Shown: positions 1-11,040 of the stretch, in pieces
How positions within the stretch are numbered: position 1 is the first letter of the stretch
Layout: each line of letters opens with the position of its first letter
Assembly: GCA_016838945.1 (NCBI GenBank)
Contig: JADLKP010000001.1
Coordinates: forward strand, 1,608-65,607
Direction of reading: 5' to 3'
Length of the DNA: 64,000 nucleotides
Origin: Methanobrevibacter sp.
GTDB taxonomy: Archaea > Methanobacteriota > Methanobacteria > Methanobacteriales > Methanobacteriaceae
Notes under the pieces: model-generated
The model's database searches: none
What the model saw: the letters and a program-made list of their open reading frames with translations, nothing else
Told to the model about the DNA's origin: nothing
Program-made: the position numbers and the translations under genes

Positions 1-351
1 AAAGAGGGGGCAAGTCCTCAAGGGACTAAAAATGGAACTGGTAGTGGAACTGGATCATTAAGCGGTTCTGGAAGTGGAGAAGGCAACTTCACAGGTAGTG
101 GGATTAGTGTCGGTACATTGTCTGGCCAATCCAATGCCGGAACAGGAGATTCAGGTGAAAATGGTGGTGGAAGTGCTTCAGAAGGTCTAAATGCATATGA
201 AATATTGAAAGAGGAAAACACTCCTACTACAGCTAAAAACAGTCAATTGATTGCAGTGTTTTCAGTGGCTTTAGTTATATTGATCATTGCATTAGGTTAT
301 AGAAGCAAAAATAAGGATGAATATAAGGATGATGGAGATTATAGTCTCTAA
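1..351 (+). CDS. C-terminal end of an adhesin-like surface protein (5'-truncated by window)
   Basis: Frame open from base 1 (KEGASPQGTKNGTGSGTGSLSGSGSG...): G/S/T-rich linker, AYEI motif, hydrophobic helix LIAVFSVALVILIIALGY and charged tail, typical of Methanobacteriales adhesin anchors. Confidence 0.8.
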   Translation, partial: KEGASPQGTKNGTGSGTGSLSGSGSGEGNFTGSGISVGTLSGQSNAGTGDSGENGGGSASEGLNAYEILKEENTPTTAKNSQLIAVFSVALVILIIALGYRSKNKDEYKDDGDYSL

Positions 352-469
352 TTAGAATTATTATTTTTGATTTTTTATTTCATTCGTAATTTGTAAAACT
401 ATTAAGAAATTTATAGAATAACAGTTATAAAACCATTAAAAATTTATTAAAAAAGAAAATAGGATAAAT

Positions 470-961
470 TCATTTTATAAATCTATCATCAGCCTTTTGG
501 TTTTTAGCCTTTTGATGCTTGCTTTCAAACCAGCCTATTTTTAAATCATCAACTATTGTATCCTCAAACAATTGAGGAACATATGGCTTTATGTCAAGAA
601 GAGGTGTACCGTCAAGCATATCCACATTTGAAATGTATAGGATGTCATCTTCCACCTTATCCAACTTTACAGTGGTCATTCCGATATTGTTAGGCCTTTT
701 TGGAGATCTTGTTGCAAATACTCCATGGGTGGTGTTGTCCATGAATGGCTTGACTTCAAGTGCATTTCCGTTTGTTTTGTGCAAATGATATATGAGTATC
801 AGATGTGAAAATCCATCTATATCTTTTAATCCAGGCTTGAATTCATCTTTTAGGCATATTTTTCCTTCAATTCCCTTAGCGCCAGTTGGTTGGATTGGCA
901 TTCCATCTAACTCTTTGAATGGAGTGTGGATTCTTCCTATAATTTCAAATTCGATTTTCAT
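470..961 (-). CDS. tsaA: tRNA m6t6A37 methyltransferase TrmO/TsaA (UPF0066)
   Basis: IGRIHTPF, GVFATRSPKRPNNIG and DMLDGTPLLDIKPY motifs. Confidence 0.92.
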   Translation of the reverse strand: MKIEFEIIGRIHTPFKELDGMPIQPTGAKGIEGKICLKDEFKPGLKDIDGFSHLILIYHLHKTNGNALEVKPFMDNTTHGVFATRSPKRPNNIGMTTVKLDKVEDDILYISNVDMLDGTPLLDIKPYVPQLFEDTIVDDLKIGWFESKHQKAKNQKADDRFIK

Positions 962-1070
962 AATATCATATTTATTTTTGATGTATATAAATTTTTATAA
1001 CGGAGTTATTTTTAAATTATTTATGATTAATTAATCAAAAACTGTTAATCAGAATAGCTATTTTTTTAAA

Positions 1071-1673
1071 TTATTCAATGGAATTTAAAACATGAGTGAC
1101 GAATTGTGTTTTAGCTATCTCTTCCACAAACTCAACAAGTGCAGCCGCTTCCTTTACGGTTTCGCCGGTTGCAATGACTCCATGATTCTTCAAGATAATT
1201 GCATCTTCTGTTTTTAGGGATTCAGCTGCAGCTTCAGCAAGTTCCTTGCTTCCAGGCTTGAAGTATTCAATGTCCTTCAAATATTCTGACTTTATTGCAC
1301 CGAAACCTTCAAGACGCTTAATCCTTTTGTTTGAAAATGCAAATCCTGTTGCATAAGGAGAGTGTGTATGAGCTATTCCATAGACATCAGGTTTTTCCCT
1401 ATAGATTGCCAAGTGCATTCCAACTTCAGATGATGGCTTGCCTTTTGTCAGGAGTTCTCCCTTTTCATTTACAAGAACGATATCCTCTTCATTCAAGTCA
1501 GCAAGGGATTTAAGGGTTGGAGTGATTGCAACTATATCGCCTGATTCGGTCTTGAATCTTGCACTGACATTGCCTGCCTTTCCTGAAACCAATCCTCTTT
1601 CAAATACATATGCTGACATTTCAACAACTGATTTTACGATTTCCTTTTCCATATTATCATCCAAAATAAGCAT
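1071..1673 (-). CDS. fucA: Class II aldolase / L-fuculose-1-phosphate aldolase
   Basis: GNVSAR, ITPT, PSSEVGMHLAIY, HTHSP and LKNHGVI metal-binding motifs. Confidence 0.9.
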   Translation of the reverse strand: MLILDDNMEKEIVKSVVEMSAYVFERGLVSGKAGNVSARFKTESGDIVAITPTLKSLADLNEEDIVLVNEKGELLTKGKPSSEVGMHLAIYREKPDVYGIAHTHSPYATGFAFSNKRIKRLEGFGAIKSEYLKDIEYFKPGSKELAEAAAESLKTEDAIILKNHGVIATGETVKEAAALVEFVEEIAKTQFVTHVLNSIE

Positions 1674-1722
1674 AAGTTAATTAAAAAATAAAGAATAATT
1701 TTAATCCATCATTCCATTGCAG

Positions 1723-3618
1723 CTATTTATTGAAGTCCAATGGCTTGTATATTCCACCTACATCAATGATAGGAACGATTGCAGGTGTAGGCACAATGTT
1801 ATAGATCTTCTGGAACTCTGTCTGAGTCTGGAAAGTACCTGAATTTATGCAGTGAATTCCCTTATAGTTTGTATAGGTGTTAATGTGAACGTGGCCTGTA
1901 TGCAACACGTCAGGAACAGTGTCAATAACCAAATGGTCTTCAAGCTCTGAAGCAAGCGGAGTCCTTTCCCCGTACAATGGAGCCAAATGCCTTTTGTTTA
2001 GGAATTCTTTCATTACAAGGTCATTTCTTTCGTGTGAGAAATCATTTGAACCCATCACCATATCGTCTATTCCCCTTCCATGGTAAATCAATACCTTAAG
2101 TCCATCAAGGCTTACAGTACTTGGATTTGAAAGGAATTCAACGTTATTGAGCTTGTATAATGACTTAGCATACTTTTCAGGCACAGCAGGTTGTGGCTCC
2201 GCCACTCTTGATGCATCGTGGTTTCCAGGAGTGATGATTATCTTGACATCGCTTCTGATGTCACCAAGCAAACGTGCAGCTTCATCATATTGTGCTGTAA
2301 TGTCCTTGATTGCCAATTCCTTGTCCTGGTTAGGATACACTCCGATACCATCAACGATATCCCCACCGACAATCATGTATTTTACATTGTTTGCCATTTC
2401 CATCTGCTCTTCATTTCCAAAGTCTCCATTCAGCCATTTGACGAATCTGACAAATGCATCTTCAAGGAATGTTGAGCTTCCGATATGGACATCAGATGTG
2501 AATACGGTACCGAAATCCACCTCTTTTCTGTCGATTCTTGGAACACCCGGATCAATGAGGTTCTTGACGATTGCCAAACTGTTTTCGCTTCCTGGCCTTT
2601 TTTCAGCTATTACACCGATGACCTCATCCTTCATGAGGTTTTTGGCATATGCGACCAACTCGTCATTGTCCTTGCTTACAAGTATAGGAAGTGAGCCTGT
2701 ATCATCCTCAACTTCAATCAGATAATGGCCGTTTTTGGTGCTTCTGATATCAGTGATCATCACAATCAGGTTCAAGTCAGTCTGATTGTCTGTGATTTCA
2801 TTGATTTTCTGGAAGGTCCGAAGTTCAGGCCTTTGTGATAATATTCCGGAGAGCTTTTTGTATCTGTTTTGGAAATACTCGATAAGGTTTCCAATGTCTC
2901 CGCTTGTATAAGATTGATTGCTTGTGTCCTTTAGAACTTTGAACTTGTCGAAATTGACTGTAGATTCTGTAAGGTTTCTTTTGTATTTCATTTTGGTGTC
3001 TTCGGAGACATCTGTATCCTTGATTATGACTACATCCTCACGTGAATAGTTTGTGGTTTCAGGTTGAGGGATTGCTGGTGTTTCAATAGATTCTGTCTCT
3101 TCAGGAGTGTCCTTCTCCATAGCCTTGGTTTCGACAGGTGTGTCTTTTTGAATGGATTTTGTCTCTACTGCTTGTGTTTCTACAGTTCGCTTTTCAAATG
3201 CTTTTGCTTCAACTGCCGGTTTCGCTTTCTCCTCTTTCAATCCAAGATCAGGCTCTTTCGCTTTTTCCTCTTTCAATCCAAGATAAGGTTCTTCCTTATT
3301 GTCCATCAGCGGTTTCTCTTCTGTATGGCCGGTTTCTAATTTTGTTTCTGTTTGTGGTGGTTTGGATTCAACAGCTTCTTCTGCTGCAGACTGGCCTTTA
3401 TCTACACTATCCTTTTTTATATTTACGTTAAGGCCCATCCTTTCCAATGTTTCAAGATCAACTGGAACCATATCGTTAGAATAATTACCGCTTTTCAATT
3501 TGACGATTATGTCTGAACTTAAATTTATAGGATTATCAGAGTTCTTGATTAGCTCATAAGCCTCTGGAGATAAGATTATCCCTTTCCTTGCAAATTTAAT
3601 AAGTATTTCAGCTGACAT
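1723..3618 (-). CDS. polB: DNA polymerase II (PolD) small subunit DP1
   Basis: OB domain plus calcineurin-like exonuclease motifs SDVHIGS, GDIVDG, PGNHD, YHG and GHVH; long acidic linker with duplicated LGLKEEKAK. Confidence 0.95.
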   Translation of the reverse strand: MSAEILIKFARKGIILSPEAYELIKNSDNPINLSSDIIVKLKSGNYSNDMVPVDLETLERMGLNVNIKKDSVDKGQSAAEEAVESKPPQTETKLETGHTEEKPLMDNKEEPYLGLKEEKAKEPDLGLKEEKAKPAVEAKAFEKRTVETQAVETKSIQKDTPVETKAMEKDTPEETESIETPAIPQPETTNYSREDVVIIKDTDVSEDTKMKYKRNLTESTVNFDKFKVLKDTSNQSYTSGDIGNLIEYFQNRYKKLSGILSQRPELRTFQKINEITDNQTDLNLIVMITDIRSTKNGHYLIEVEDDTGSLPILVSKDNDELVAYAKNLMKDEVIGVIAEKRPGSENSLAIVKNLIDPGVPRIDRKEVDFGTVFTSDVHIGSSTFLEDAFVRFVKWLNGDFGNEEQMEMANNVKYMIVGGDIVDGIGVYPNQDKELAIKDITAQYDEAARLLGDIRSDVKIIITPGNHDASRVAEPQPAVPEKYAKSLYKLNNVEFLSNPSTVSLDGLKVLIYHGRGIDDMVMGSNDFSHERNDLVMKEFLNKRHLAPLYGERTPLASELEDHLVIDTVPDVLHTGHVHINTYTNYKGIHCINSGTFQTQTEFQKIYNIVPTPAIVPIIDVGGIYKPLDFNK

Positions 3619-3934
3619 ATTATCCTCTTTGTTTTTGCATTAAAAACTTGATTTGTTCCTTGTTTTTAACTTAATTGAAATAGTTCCATTACATTCGAAT
3701 ATCTAGATTTAAACTCTTTACTTATACTATCTTTTTATTAGTTAATAAAATAATCTATATTGCATCATTTTTCGATAATTTTATTATATATAAATAATAT
3801 AATTAAGCTCATTATAAGATACTAACTATATATTTTCATCACATTTAAAATTAATCATTGAAAAAATCGGGCTGATGAAAATTTTGCTTATAAAAACTTA
3901 TAAAAATTAGAGAATTAATTCATAAAGGGATAAA

Positions 3935-4765
3935 ATGAAAATTTCAAGAATCATACTTATATTGTTATTGTTTTTTGTATTTTTTGAAATAGGGCTATTC
4001 AGTTCCTACACCTTGGCAACTGGAGAAGTTCCGGATCCAGGAGAATTAATAAATATGCAGGTCGGCACAATAACCTCATTGTTCAGTGCCGATAATGTTG
4101 GCGGATTGCTTATTAAAGATCCAGATAGCGTAAATATTACAAACAAATATGAATTGGCTGACAAGCTGTCAGATATAGCCGATGTTGATGGGGTCAATGT
4201 GGATGACATCAACATTACAACTGTCGAAGATAGTGACGAAGACGAATTCAATGTTACAGTTACCGCTTTCGGTTATTCCAAACCTACAGGTAAGTCAGGC
4301 ACCATTGTAATCAATGCTGAACCGGATTACAAGATCATTGCAACTGGTGTTGCAAAGCACACAGTCAATGGTATTCAAGTTGATTTGGACACTTTGAAAG
4401 TGGATTCAATCTTAAAGATATTTGATGCGGATGACAGCAGCTATTCCATCTTGGACGATGACAACTCTACAAAATCAAGTTCAAGTTCAAGCTATAAGTC
4501 CTCATCCAAATACAGTTCAAGCTCCAGCAGTTCCAGTTCCAGCAGCTCAAGCTCAAGTGGCGGAAGTTCATCTGGTGGCAGTTCTGGCGGAGGATCTTAT
4601 GATGGAGGTTCCTCTGGTGATTCCGGAGGTGGATCTTCAGGTGGAGGTTCCTCAGGCGGAGGCTCTTCTGATGGTGGCAGTTCTGGCGGAGGTTCCGGCG
4701 GAGGTTCCTCAGGCGGAGGCAGTGAAGAAAGTGGATTATTGGTAACCATTTTCTCATTGATTTAA
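3935..4765 (+). CDS. Membrane-anchored/secreted hypothetical protein with Ser/Gly-rich C-terminus
   Basis: N-terminal hydrophobic helix, poly-Ser and GGSSGG repeats; divergent from DP1. Confidence 0.75.
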   Translation: MKISRIILILLLFFVFFEIGLFSSYTLATGEVPDPGELINMQVGTITSLFSADNVGGLLIKDPDSVNITNKYELADKLSDIADVDGVNVDDINITTVEDSDEDEFNVTVTAFGYSKPTGKSGTIVINAEPDYKIIATGVAKHTVNGIQVDLDTLKVDSILKIFDADDSSYSILDDDNSTKSSSSSSYKSSSKYSSSSSSSSSSSSSSSGGSSSGGSSGGGSYDGGSSGDSGGGSSGGGSSGGGSSDGGSSGGGSGGGSSGGGSEESGLLVTIFSLI

Positions 4766-4923
4766 ATTATTTGTTGGCTATTGTAGTTGATGTTTAATTT
4801 ATGCCTTTGATTTAGATTATTTGTTGGCTATATGCTTAATATTTAATTTAAACGCTATTGACCAAAATATTTATTAACGGATTACTAAATTAAAAAATAC
4901 AAACAAAAGGCCTTTTAGGTGAT

Positions 4924-6024
4924 ATGATGATTAATCTTGTTTATATCGGTTCTGATATAGGAGATATTACTGTAAATGCATTCAATGCAATAACAGAGTC
5001 TGACATTGTACTCAATTATGATAATATTGACTTGAGTATACTGGATGAATATTTGAAGGATAAAGAGATTATTTCAAACGTCGTTGAGGATAGTGAAGAC
5101 GGAGACATCTACTCTAAACTTGAGGAATCATATTCAAAGATAGAATATTGCGTCTACAAGTCAAGAGAGGATAAGACAGTCACAATCGTTTCCTCAAACA
5201 ATCCGAATATCTACACTGTAGCCAATGTCCTGATTCAAATCAGCTCAAAGCACAATGACATTGAGCTTAGGGTCTATCCTGGAGTCAGTCCTGTAGACTA
5301 TTCAGCATCCTTGTTAGGCGCTCCATTGAATGACTATGCAGCCATTGACCTAAACAGCATAATCGTATCCCAAGAGGAACTTGAAGGCAAGATCAAATCT
5401 GCTTTGGAGAATGATTTCGTCCTCTTTATCCATAATCTTAAAGGAATCTATGGTGAAGACGAGAATCATAACTTCAATTTATTGAAAAAAATCGTGAACG
5501 ATTTCAACAATGAGCTATTGGTTGGAATCGTGAATGGCGAATCACATGAAATCTGCAGATTCAAGGACATCAATGATGAGAAGATAAATGAAAAGACAAC
5601 TCTAATCATTGGAAACAGATTGACACATATCCTTGATGACTTTATGGTCACCTCATCCGACTATATTGTCAAGCCGAAATTCATTGAACAGAATATGGAC
5701 TTCTTTAAAAGATACCTTAAGGGCGAAACCCCTAGAGGCCTTGATATGGATTGCGATTATCTCCCATGCCATAAGGAATTGGAGGCATGCGATTTCTGCT
5801 ATTGTCCTTTCTATCCATGTGCAGATGGCGTCACTGGAGGAGAATGGATCAAGGAGAAGAACGTTTGGAGCTGCCAGTTCTGTGATTGGATTCATTTGGA
5901 AGAGCCATGTCTTGCAGTCAGGGAAGGGCTTGATGAAATCCTTGAGGAAACTGAAGATTTAAAGACCAAACATATAGAATTGTTGAAATTAAGACGCCAA
6001 AGTCTTTTGAAGACTTTAAAATAG
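4924..6024 (+). CDS. cbiH: CbiH/CobJ-like tetrapyrrole methyltransferase fused to a Cys-rich (zf-like) domain; active-site motifs degenerate
   Basis: PGVS..SASLLGAPLND motif; C-terminal CDYLPCH..CDFCYCPFYPC..WSCQFCDWIH. Confidence 0.7.
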   Translation: MMINLVYIGSDIGDITVNAFNAITESDIVLNYDNIDLSILDEYLKDKEIISNVVEDSEDGDIYSKLEESYSKIEYCVYKSREDKTVTIVSSNNPNIYTVANVLIQISSKHNDIELRVYPGVSPVDYSASLLGAPLNDYAAIDLNSIIVSQEELEGKIKSALENDFVLFIHNLKGIYGEDENHNFNLLKKIVNDFNNELLVGIVNGESHEICRFKDINDEKINEKTTLIIGNRLTHILDDFMVTSSDYIVKPKFIEQNMDFFKRYLKGETPRGLDMDCDYLPCHKELEACDFCYCPFYPCADGVTGGEWIKEKNVWSCQFCDWIHLEEPCLAVREGLDEILEETEDLKTKHIELLKLRRQSLLKTLK

Positions 6025-6116
6025 CTATTGACTTGTTAAAAATGCGTAAATAGGGTAAATAGGTTTAATTTATCATTACTTATTTATTACATATTAAAAT
6101 TGAAGAAGGATTTAAA

Positions 6117-6731
6117 ATGCCGAGTGTAAAAGATATTTTAATTGAAATGAAAGATATGTCGGAATTAATGGTCGATTTAGCATATTCTGCTGTATTGTTC
6201 AACAACAAGGCTGCAGCAGAAGAAGTGTTGACCCTTGAAAATAGACTCAACAGCATGAACTATGAAATAAAGAAACAGTCTCTTGTAGCTGCACGTTCAC
6301 TTGAAGATGCTGAAAAGTTGACAACCTTGCTTGAGATTGCAGAAGCTGCTGAATCTATGGGTAATGCTGCAAAGGATTTGGCTGACTTGACCCTTAAGGG
6401 ATTCGAACCGCACCCAGTATTCAAGATGGTTATGGAGGAATCCGAAAAGAACATCATTCGTTTGAATGTTGAAGAAAGTTCAGTTTTAGCAAACCATTCT
6501 TTAGGAGAGCTATTGTTGCTTAACCGTACTGGTATGAGAATCATTTCAATAAGACGTGGTGATTCCTGGATTTATGGTCCTGACAAAAACACTGTGCTCC
6601 TTGTTGGAGACGTTTTGATTGCTAAAGGATCTGAGACCGGAACCGAAATTATTGAAAAGTTAGCAGATGGAGAAATTAATTTAGATGATTTAGGAAATAT
6701 AGATGAAATCATTGACGACGATGACGATTAG
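6117..6731 (+). CDS. PhoU-like + TrkA-C domain potassium transport-associated protein
   Basis: [19 protein letters not shown]-terminus; TrkA-C motif [28 protein letters not shown]. Confidence 0.85.
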   Translation: MPSVKDILIEMKDMSELMVDLAYSAVLFNNKAAAEEVLTLENRLNSMNYEIKKQSLVAARSLEDAEKLTTLLEIAEAAESMGNAAKDLADLTLKGFEPHPVFKMVMEESEKNIIRLNVEESSVLANHSLGELLLLNRTGMRIISIRRGDSWIYGPDKNTVLLVGDVLIAKGSETGTEIIEKLADGEINLDDLGNIDEIIDDDDD

Positions 6732-6922
6732 GTCATTTCAGTCAATTTATTTAAAAAAATTGTGTTTGACTATTTTAATCAGTCAAATTATTGAAATAAT
6801 GCTTTAGAAATAATTTTCAATTAAATTATTTTAAGACAATTTGTTTTTAGAGTTTAAGAGATAGTTTTCAATTAAATTATTTTAGTTTAATATGTATGGA
6901 TGTGACACTATGATGATGGGAG

Positions 6923-8272
6923 GTGAACCGATTGAAAAGTCTAATGATGATGATACGTCAGGTCGGGGAATCTACCATTTCAATAGTTGTTAGCATAATT
7001 CTATTTTTATTCAATGGCATAAAGTTCATCGTTTCACTTCCTGCCAAATTGATTTCCCATATCAAGGAATTTTTAGCCGACACTGATGCTGTTTTGAAGG
7101 AAAGTCTCATTGCCCTTTCCATATGTGCTGTCGGTGACTTGTGTGCAGGTATCATTTTAGGAAATATGGAATTCTTTTTAAAGACCTATCCTGGCCTTAT
7201 GGTAATCATTCCAGGAGCTATTGGCATGAGAGGAAACATCTTCGGATCTTTCGGTTCAAGATTAAGCACTCACCTTCACATCGGTACCTTGTCTCCGGAA
7301 TTCAAAAGGTCAGAGATATTGGATGAGAACATTACTGCATCCCTTATCTTGACTATGGTGCTTTCCGTATTGCTTGCAGTGATTGCCAAGATAATATGTA
7401 TCATATTCAATTTCGAAAGCATAAGCCTTTATGACTTTGTAATGATATCATTTATCGCAGGTCTCTTTTCAACAATAATCATGCTTCCTATTACAATGTT
7501 CATATCACTCAAGAGCTTTGAAGGCGGCTGGGACCCGGACAACATCACAACACCTTTCATTGCAGCGGTCGGTGACTTCTTTACCTTGCCTGCAATCATC
7601 TTAAGCGTGATGACAGTGAACCTAATAGGTTTCCATCCTATGGTCAAGATGATCCTGTTTGCGGTGATAATAATCATAACCCTTGCATCATTGATTTCAG
7701 GATACACTTCAGACAATGAGGTGAGACATATCGTAAGGCAATCCACTCCTGTCCTTTTCTTCTGTTCCATATTGGGAACCCTTGCAGGTGGAATATTAAA
7801 CAATTCAATCAGCACATTGCTCAACAATCAGACATTGCTTACCCTTGTGCCATTGTTCTCCGGTGAAAGTGGTGGTTTGGTAAGCATCTTGGGAGCAAGA
7901 TTATCATCCGCTCTCCACTCCGGTTTAATCGACCCTGTGCTCAGGCCTAAGAAGCACACCATGGAAAACTTCATAGCTATTGTGACCTTGGCTGTAGTGA
8001 TGTATCCTTTGATTGGATTCTTGGCGGAATCCTCAACATTGGCCTTTGGAAATGTTGGTGTAGGATTCCCTCAATCATTGTCAATAAGCTTCCTTGCAGG
8101 TATGATATTGATATTGATCATGTTGCTTGTAGTCTTCTATATATCTACAATTTCATATAGAAGAGGATTTGACCCTGACAATATAGTCATTCCACTGTCT
8201 ACAAGCCTTACAGATTCCATATCCACATTGATCTTGATAGTGGTGTCTTTAGGTATTTTAAGCATGTTTTAA
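6923..8272 (+). CDS. MgtE-family divalent cation transporter (duplicated membrane domain)
   Basis: PGAIGMRGNIFGSFGSRLST and two DPDNI motifs; TTG at 6932 after GGAGGTGA is the likelier start. Confidence 0.88.
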   Translation: MNRLKSLMMMIRQVGESTISIVVSIILFLFNGIKFIVSLPAKLISHIKEFLADTDAVLKESLIALSICAVGDLCAGIILGNMEFFLKTYPGLMVIIPGAIGMRGNIFGSFGSRLSTHLHIGTLSPEFKRSEILDENITASLILTMVLSVLLAVIAKIICIIFNFESISLYDFVMISFIAGLFSTIIMLPITMFISLKSFEGGWDPDNITTPFIAAVGDFFTLPAIILSVMTVNLIGFHPMVKMILFAVIIIITLASLISGYTSDNEVRHIVRQSTPVLFFCSILGTLAGGILNNSISTLLNNQTLLTLVPLFSGESGGLVSILGARLSSALHSGLIDPVLRPKKHTMENFIAIVTLAVVMYPLIGFLAESSTLAFGNVGVGFPQSLSISFLAGMILILIMLLVVFYISTISYRRGFDPDNIVIPLSTSLTDSISTLILIVVSLGILSMF

Positions 8273-8380
8273 GTGATTGTAAAATCACTCAATCTATTTT
8301 TTATCTATTTTTAATGGTGTTATTTTAATTTAAAAAAAGCTATTTTATCTTTTAACTACTTTTAAAAGTATAGCTAGAAA

Positions 8381-10666
8381 TTATTTCCCTTTCCATGACT
8401 TTTCCATTTCGGCCTTGAAGAATTTGTGTACATTTTCTGCACCGAATATCTCTTCATCCAATTCCCAATTGCTTGGATATAGTATAAACGGATATTGCTG
8501 GTTTCCTCCAGCTCCACCATGGTTTCCTATCAGTTCCTCAAATGCATAGACCTCATCATTCTCAACATCATATTCACTGTTTACGAGAATGTCTGGAACA
8601 TGAGCAAACTGATCTGTTCTTCTTAACTTTTCAATGATGTGCTCGCCATACTTTTCATAGAATTTTTCACCTGTGCAATGGCCGGTTTCAAGGTAAAGCA
8701 CACTATCTTTTGATAAGACAACAGTTTCATATATGCTGCTTTTCACCATGACAAAACCTATGCCGTCATGATGGGATAATGCCTTCAAGAGTCCAGGAAA
8801 TGCATCTTCAATCTGTTCATATGTCATTCTATTGGACCAGTCTGTAAAATAGATCAAACCTAAATTTCCAGAGGAAAGCACCATCGCTTGGGCAGTCTCT
8901 TCGCTGACTGTAGTCTTGTTTGAAAACTTGATGTCAAGGTCCAAATCTGTTGAAATATTGTTCAACTTATCTGTGAATGACTCGTCACCATTGAAGAATC
9001 TGTTGTCTAACCTAAGTTTTTCCATATATTCGGAAACCTTTGAGCTGTCCCTTATGTTGGACAGCCTTTCCATTGGATGAATGTCTATCCTTTCCTTTGC
9101 ATTGTCCACTTTGGTGTCTATTCTTTCTTTTGTGTTTTCTATTCTTTCCCTTGTATTGTCTACTTTGGTGTCTATTCTTTCTTTTGTGTTTTCTATTCTT
9201 TCCCTTGTATTGTCTACTTTGGTGTCTATTCTTTCTTTTGTATTGTCCACCTTTTCTTCAACATAATCACCCAAGGAATATTTCTTTCTGAAATAATCGT
9301 CGTTGGAGTGCAATATGCTGTGTATGCTGATATTGTCAGGGAGCATTTCACTTACCAGGTCATTCAAGGTCATTCCATACTTTTGCTTGAAGGTGAATCC
9401 ATTTGATTGGCCGTGATCTGAAAGTATGATGAGATTATATTTCCTTTGGGCCTTTTCGGTTGCCTTTTCGATTCTTCTGAATTGCTTGTCGATTTGCCTC
9501 AGTGCATAGAATGCATCATAATCCTCCACTCCTGAGTGATGTGCTATCTCGTCATAGCCTATATATGTTGCATAGATTGCATTGTATTGGCCTGCAAATA
9601 TGTCTCCAATTATTGTATATGTTGTGGCTTCCCTCATGCCCACATTTGTTCCTGCACGGGCCACATAGTATGCAATCCCTCTCCATTTGAGACGAGGCTG
9701 GGTATTGTTGAAGAGTTGCCTTATTCTTGAAATCAATTCCATAAGCATGTCAAAAAGGAAGAGTATGACAATTCTGGTAACTACATAAGGCTTAGAATAT
9801 AGATAGTACCAGCTGGTGGTTCCAATGCTTTTGGATTGTGTCAGGTTGCTGAAGGTCAGGATATGGTCCTCTGCATCTCCTGAAAACAGGTTGCTTCTGC
9901 TTGCTCCCTTATTTGAAAGGAGGCCTTTTCCATTTGATATTCTCCTTTCAATAATCTCTGAATTTTCCCTTCCGTTTGATGAGATTATTCTGTTGTCATT
10001 TTCCTTTTCAAGCCAGCGGAAGGCAGGTATATTGCTGTTGTTTCCATGAAGTATTCCTGCTTGGGATGAAGATGTCTGGCTTGAAAGATCTGTTTCCCAT
10101 CTTGTGAGCTTATGGTCTCCCTTTTCAATCCATTTGGATAATGTCGGCATGTCCCCCCTGTCCAAGGCCTTTTTTAAGGTATTGTAGGATAGGCCATCTA
10201 TTTCCAGAAAAATGAAGCCTTCCTTATCAGTATTATTCTTATAGATTACCTTCATTTCCTTTTCCAAAACGTTTTGATAATAGCTATTGTCATCGTCGAT
10301 ATTCAGGACAAGTGATAGGAATGAAGATATGAGGCCGATGAGAAGAGGAATTGAAAATAGGGATATTCCCTCTATCTGAATCCCTGGAATGAACAGGCTT
10401 ATGAAATAGAGAAGGATTCCGTCAATGAGGAATGTTCCAAAACCCAGTGTTATGACAACGAATCTGAGTGAAAAATAGCCTATAAGAGGCCATAATAAGG
10501 CGTTTATCAATGATAGGATGGCAATTACAAGAAAAGCGGTTTTCAGATTAGGTAATTCAATACCTCCAAGAACCTTAGTAAGGAAAAAGAAGATAACCAC
10601 TTCTAGAATGATGTATACAATGAATTTGATAAGCTCTTTCAAACTTTTCTGTATTGTACTTGCCAT
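8381..10666 (-). CDS. 4-TM phage-holin-like membrane domain + alkaline phosphatase/type I phosphodiesterase domain
   Basis: 4 N-terminal TM segments; EIDGL, DLSSQTSSSQAGILHG, YDEIAHHSG and SDHGQ motifs. Confidence 0.85.
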   Translation of the reverse strand: MASTIQKSLKELIKFIVYIILEVVIFFFLTKVLGGIELPNLKTAFLVIAILSLINALLWPLIGYFSLRFVVITLGFGTFLIDGILLYFISLFIPGIQIEGISLFSIPLLIGLISSFLSLVLNIDDDNSYYQNVLEKEMKVIYKNNTDKEGFIFLEIDGLSYNTLKKALDRGDMPTLSKWIEKGDHKLTRWETDLSSQTSSSQAGILHGNNSNIPAFRWLEKENDNRIISSNGRENSEIIERRISNGKGLLSNKGASRSNLFSGDAEDHILTFSNLTQSKSIGTTSWYYLYSKPYVVTRIVILFLFDMLMELISRIRQLFNNTQPRLKWRGIAYYVARAGTNVGMREATTYTIIGDIFAGQYNAIYATYIGYDEIAHHSGVEDYDAFYALRQIDKQFRRIEKATEKAQRKYNLIILSDHGQSNGFTFKQKYGMTLNDLVSEMLPDNISIHSILHSNDDYFRKKYSLGDYVEEKVDNTKERIDTKVDNTRERIENTKERIDTKVDNTRERIENTKERIDTKVDNAKERIDIHPMERLSNIRDSSKVSEYMEKLRLDNRFFNGDESFTDKLNNISTDLDLDIKFSNKTTVSEETAQAMVLSSGNLGLIYFTDWSNRMTYEQIEDAFPGLLKALSHHDGIGFVMVKSSIYETVVLSKDSVLYLETGHCTGEKFYEKYGEHIIEKLRRTDQFAHVPDILVNSEYDVENDEVYAFEELIGNHGGAGGNQQYPFILYPSNWELDEEIFGAENVHKFFKAEMEKSWKGK
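9084..9251 (-). repeat. Intragenic 54-bp (18-aa) tandem repeat, ~3 units
   Basis: Units start at 9101, 9155 and 9209; encode NTKERIDTKVD-NTRERIE. Confidence 0.95.
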
Positions 10667-10920
10667 GTTAAAACCCTTTTTATTTCAGTATTGTTAGTTA
10701 ATCTTTTTTATTGCATTAATTAATTATTTGGCTCTTTTTGATAATATTTTTTTATAAATTTAAGCACTTATTCTGATTTAATTTTTGGCTATTATGAATA
10801 TCTTTTAAATATTAACTTATATAAGTTTTTATTTCCTTTTGTTCTATTAAAATATTTTTAGTTGATTTGATTAAGTTTATGCCAATGTCTTTAATCAAAT
10901 AGATATTCATCAAATTTGCA

Positions 10921-10946
10921 AAATATTTAGGTATACCTAAATATTT
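10921..10946. promoter_or_regulatory. Perfect 26-bp palindrome AAATATTTAGGTATACCTAAATATTT overlapping a TATA box; candidate DtxR/SirR-type operator
   Basis: Perfect inverted repeat; TTTATATA at 10944-10951; same core at 38181-38202. Confidence 0.7.
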
Positions 10947-11040
10947 ATATAATTAAACATCCATATATACTAATTGAATATTGACTTTTTATTTTTTAGA
11001 ATTGATGAATGAGCTATTTTACTCTTTATTTAGTTGTTAA

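Noticed and set aside
2147-3484. Plus-strand ORFs opposite DP1
   Set aside because: Antisense shadows of a conserved gene with no recognisable motifs
9040-9406. Hydrophobic/Cys-rich ORFs on plus strand
   Set aside because: Artefacts of the antisense 54-bp repeat
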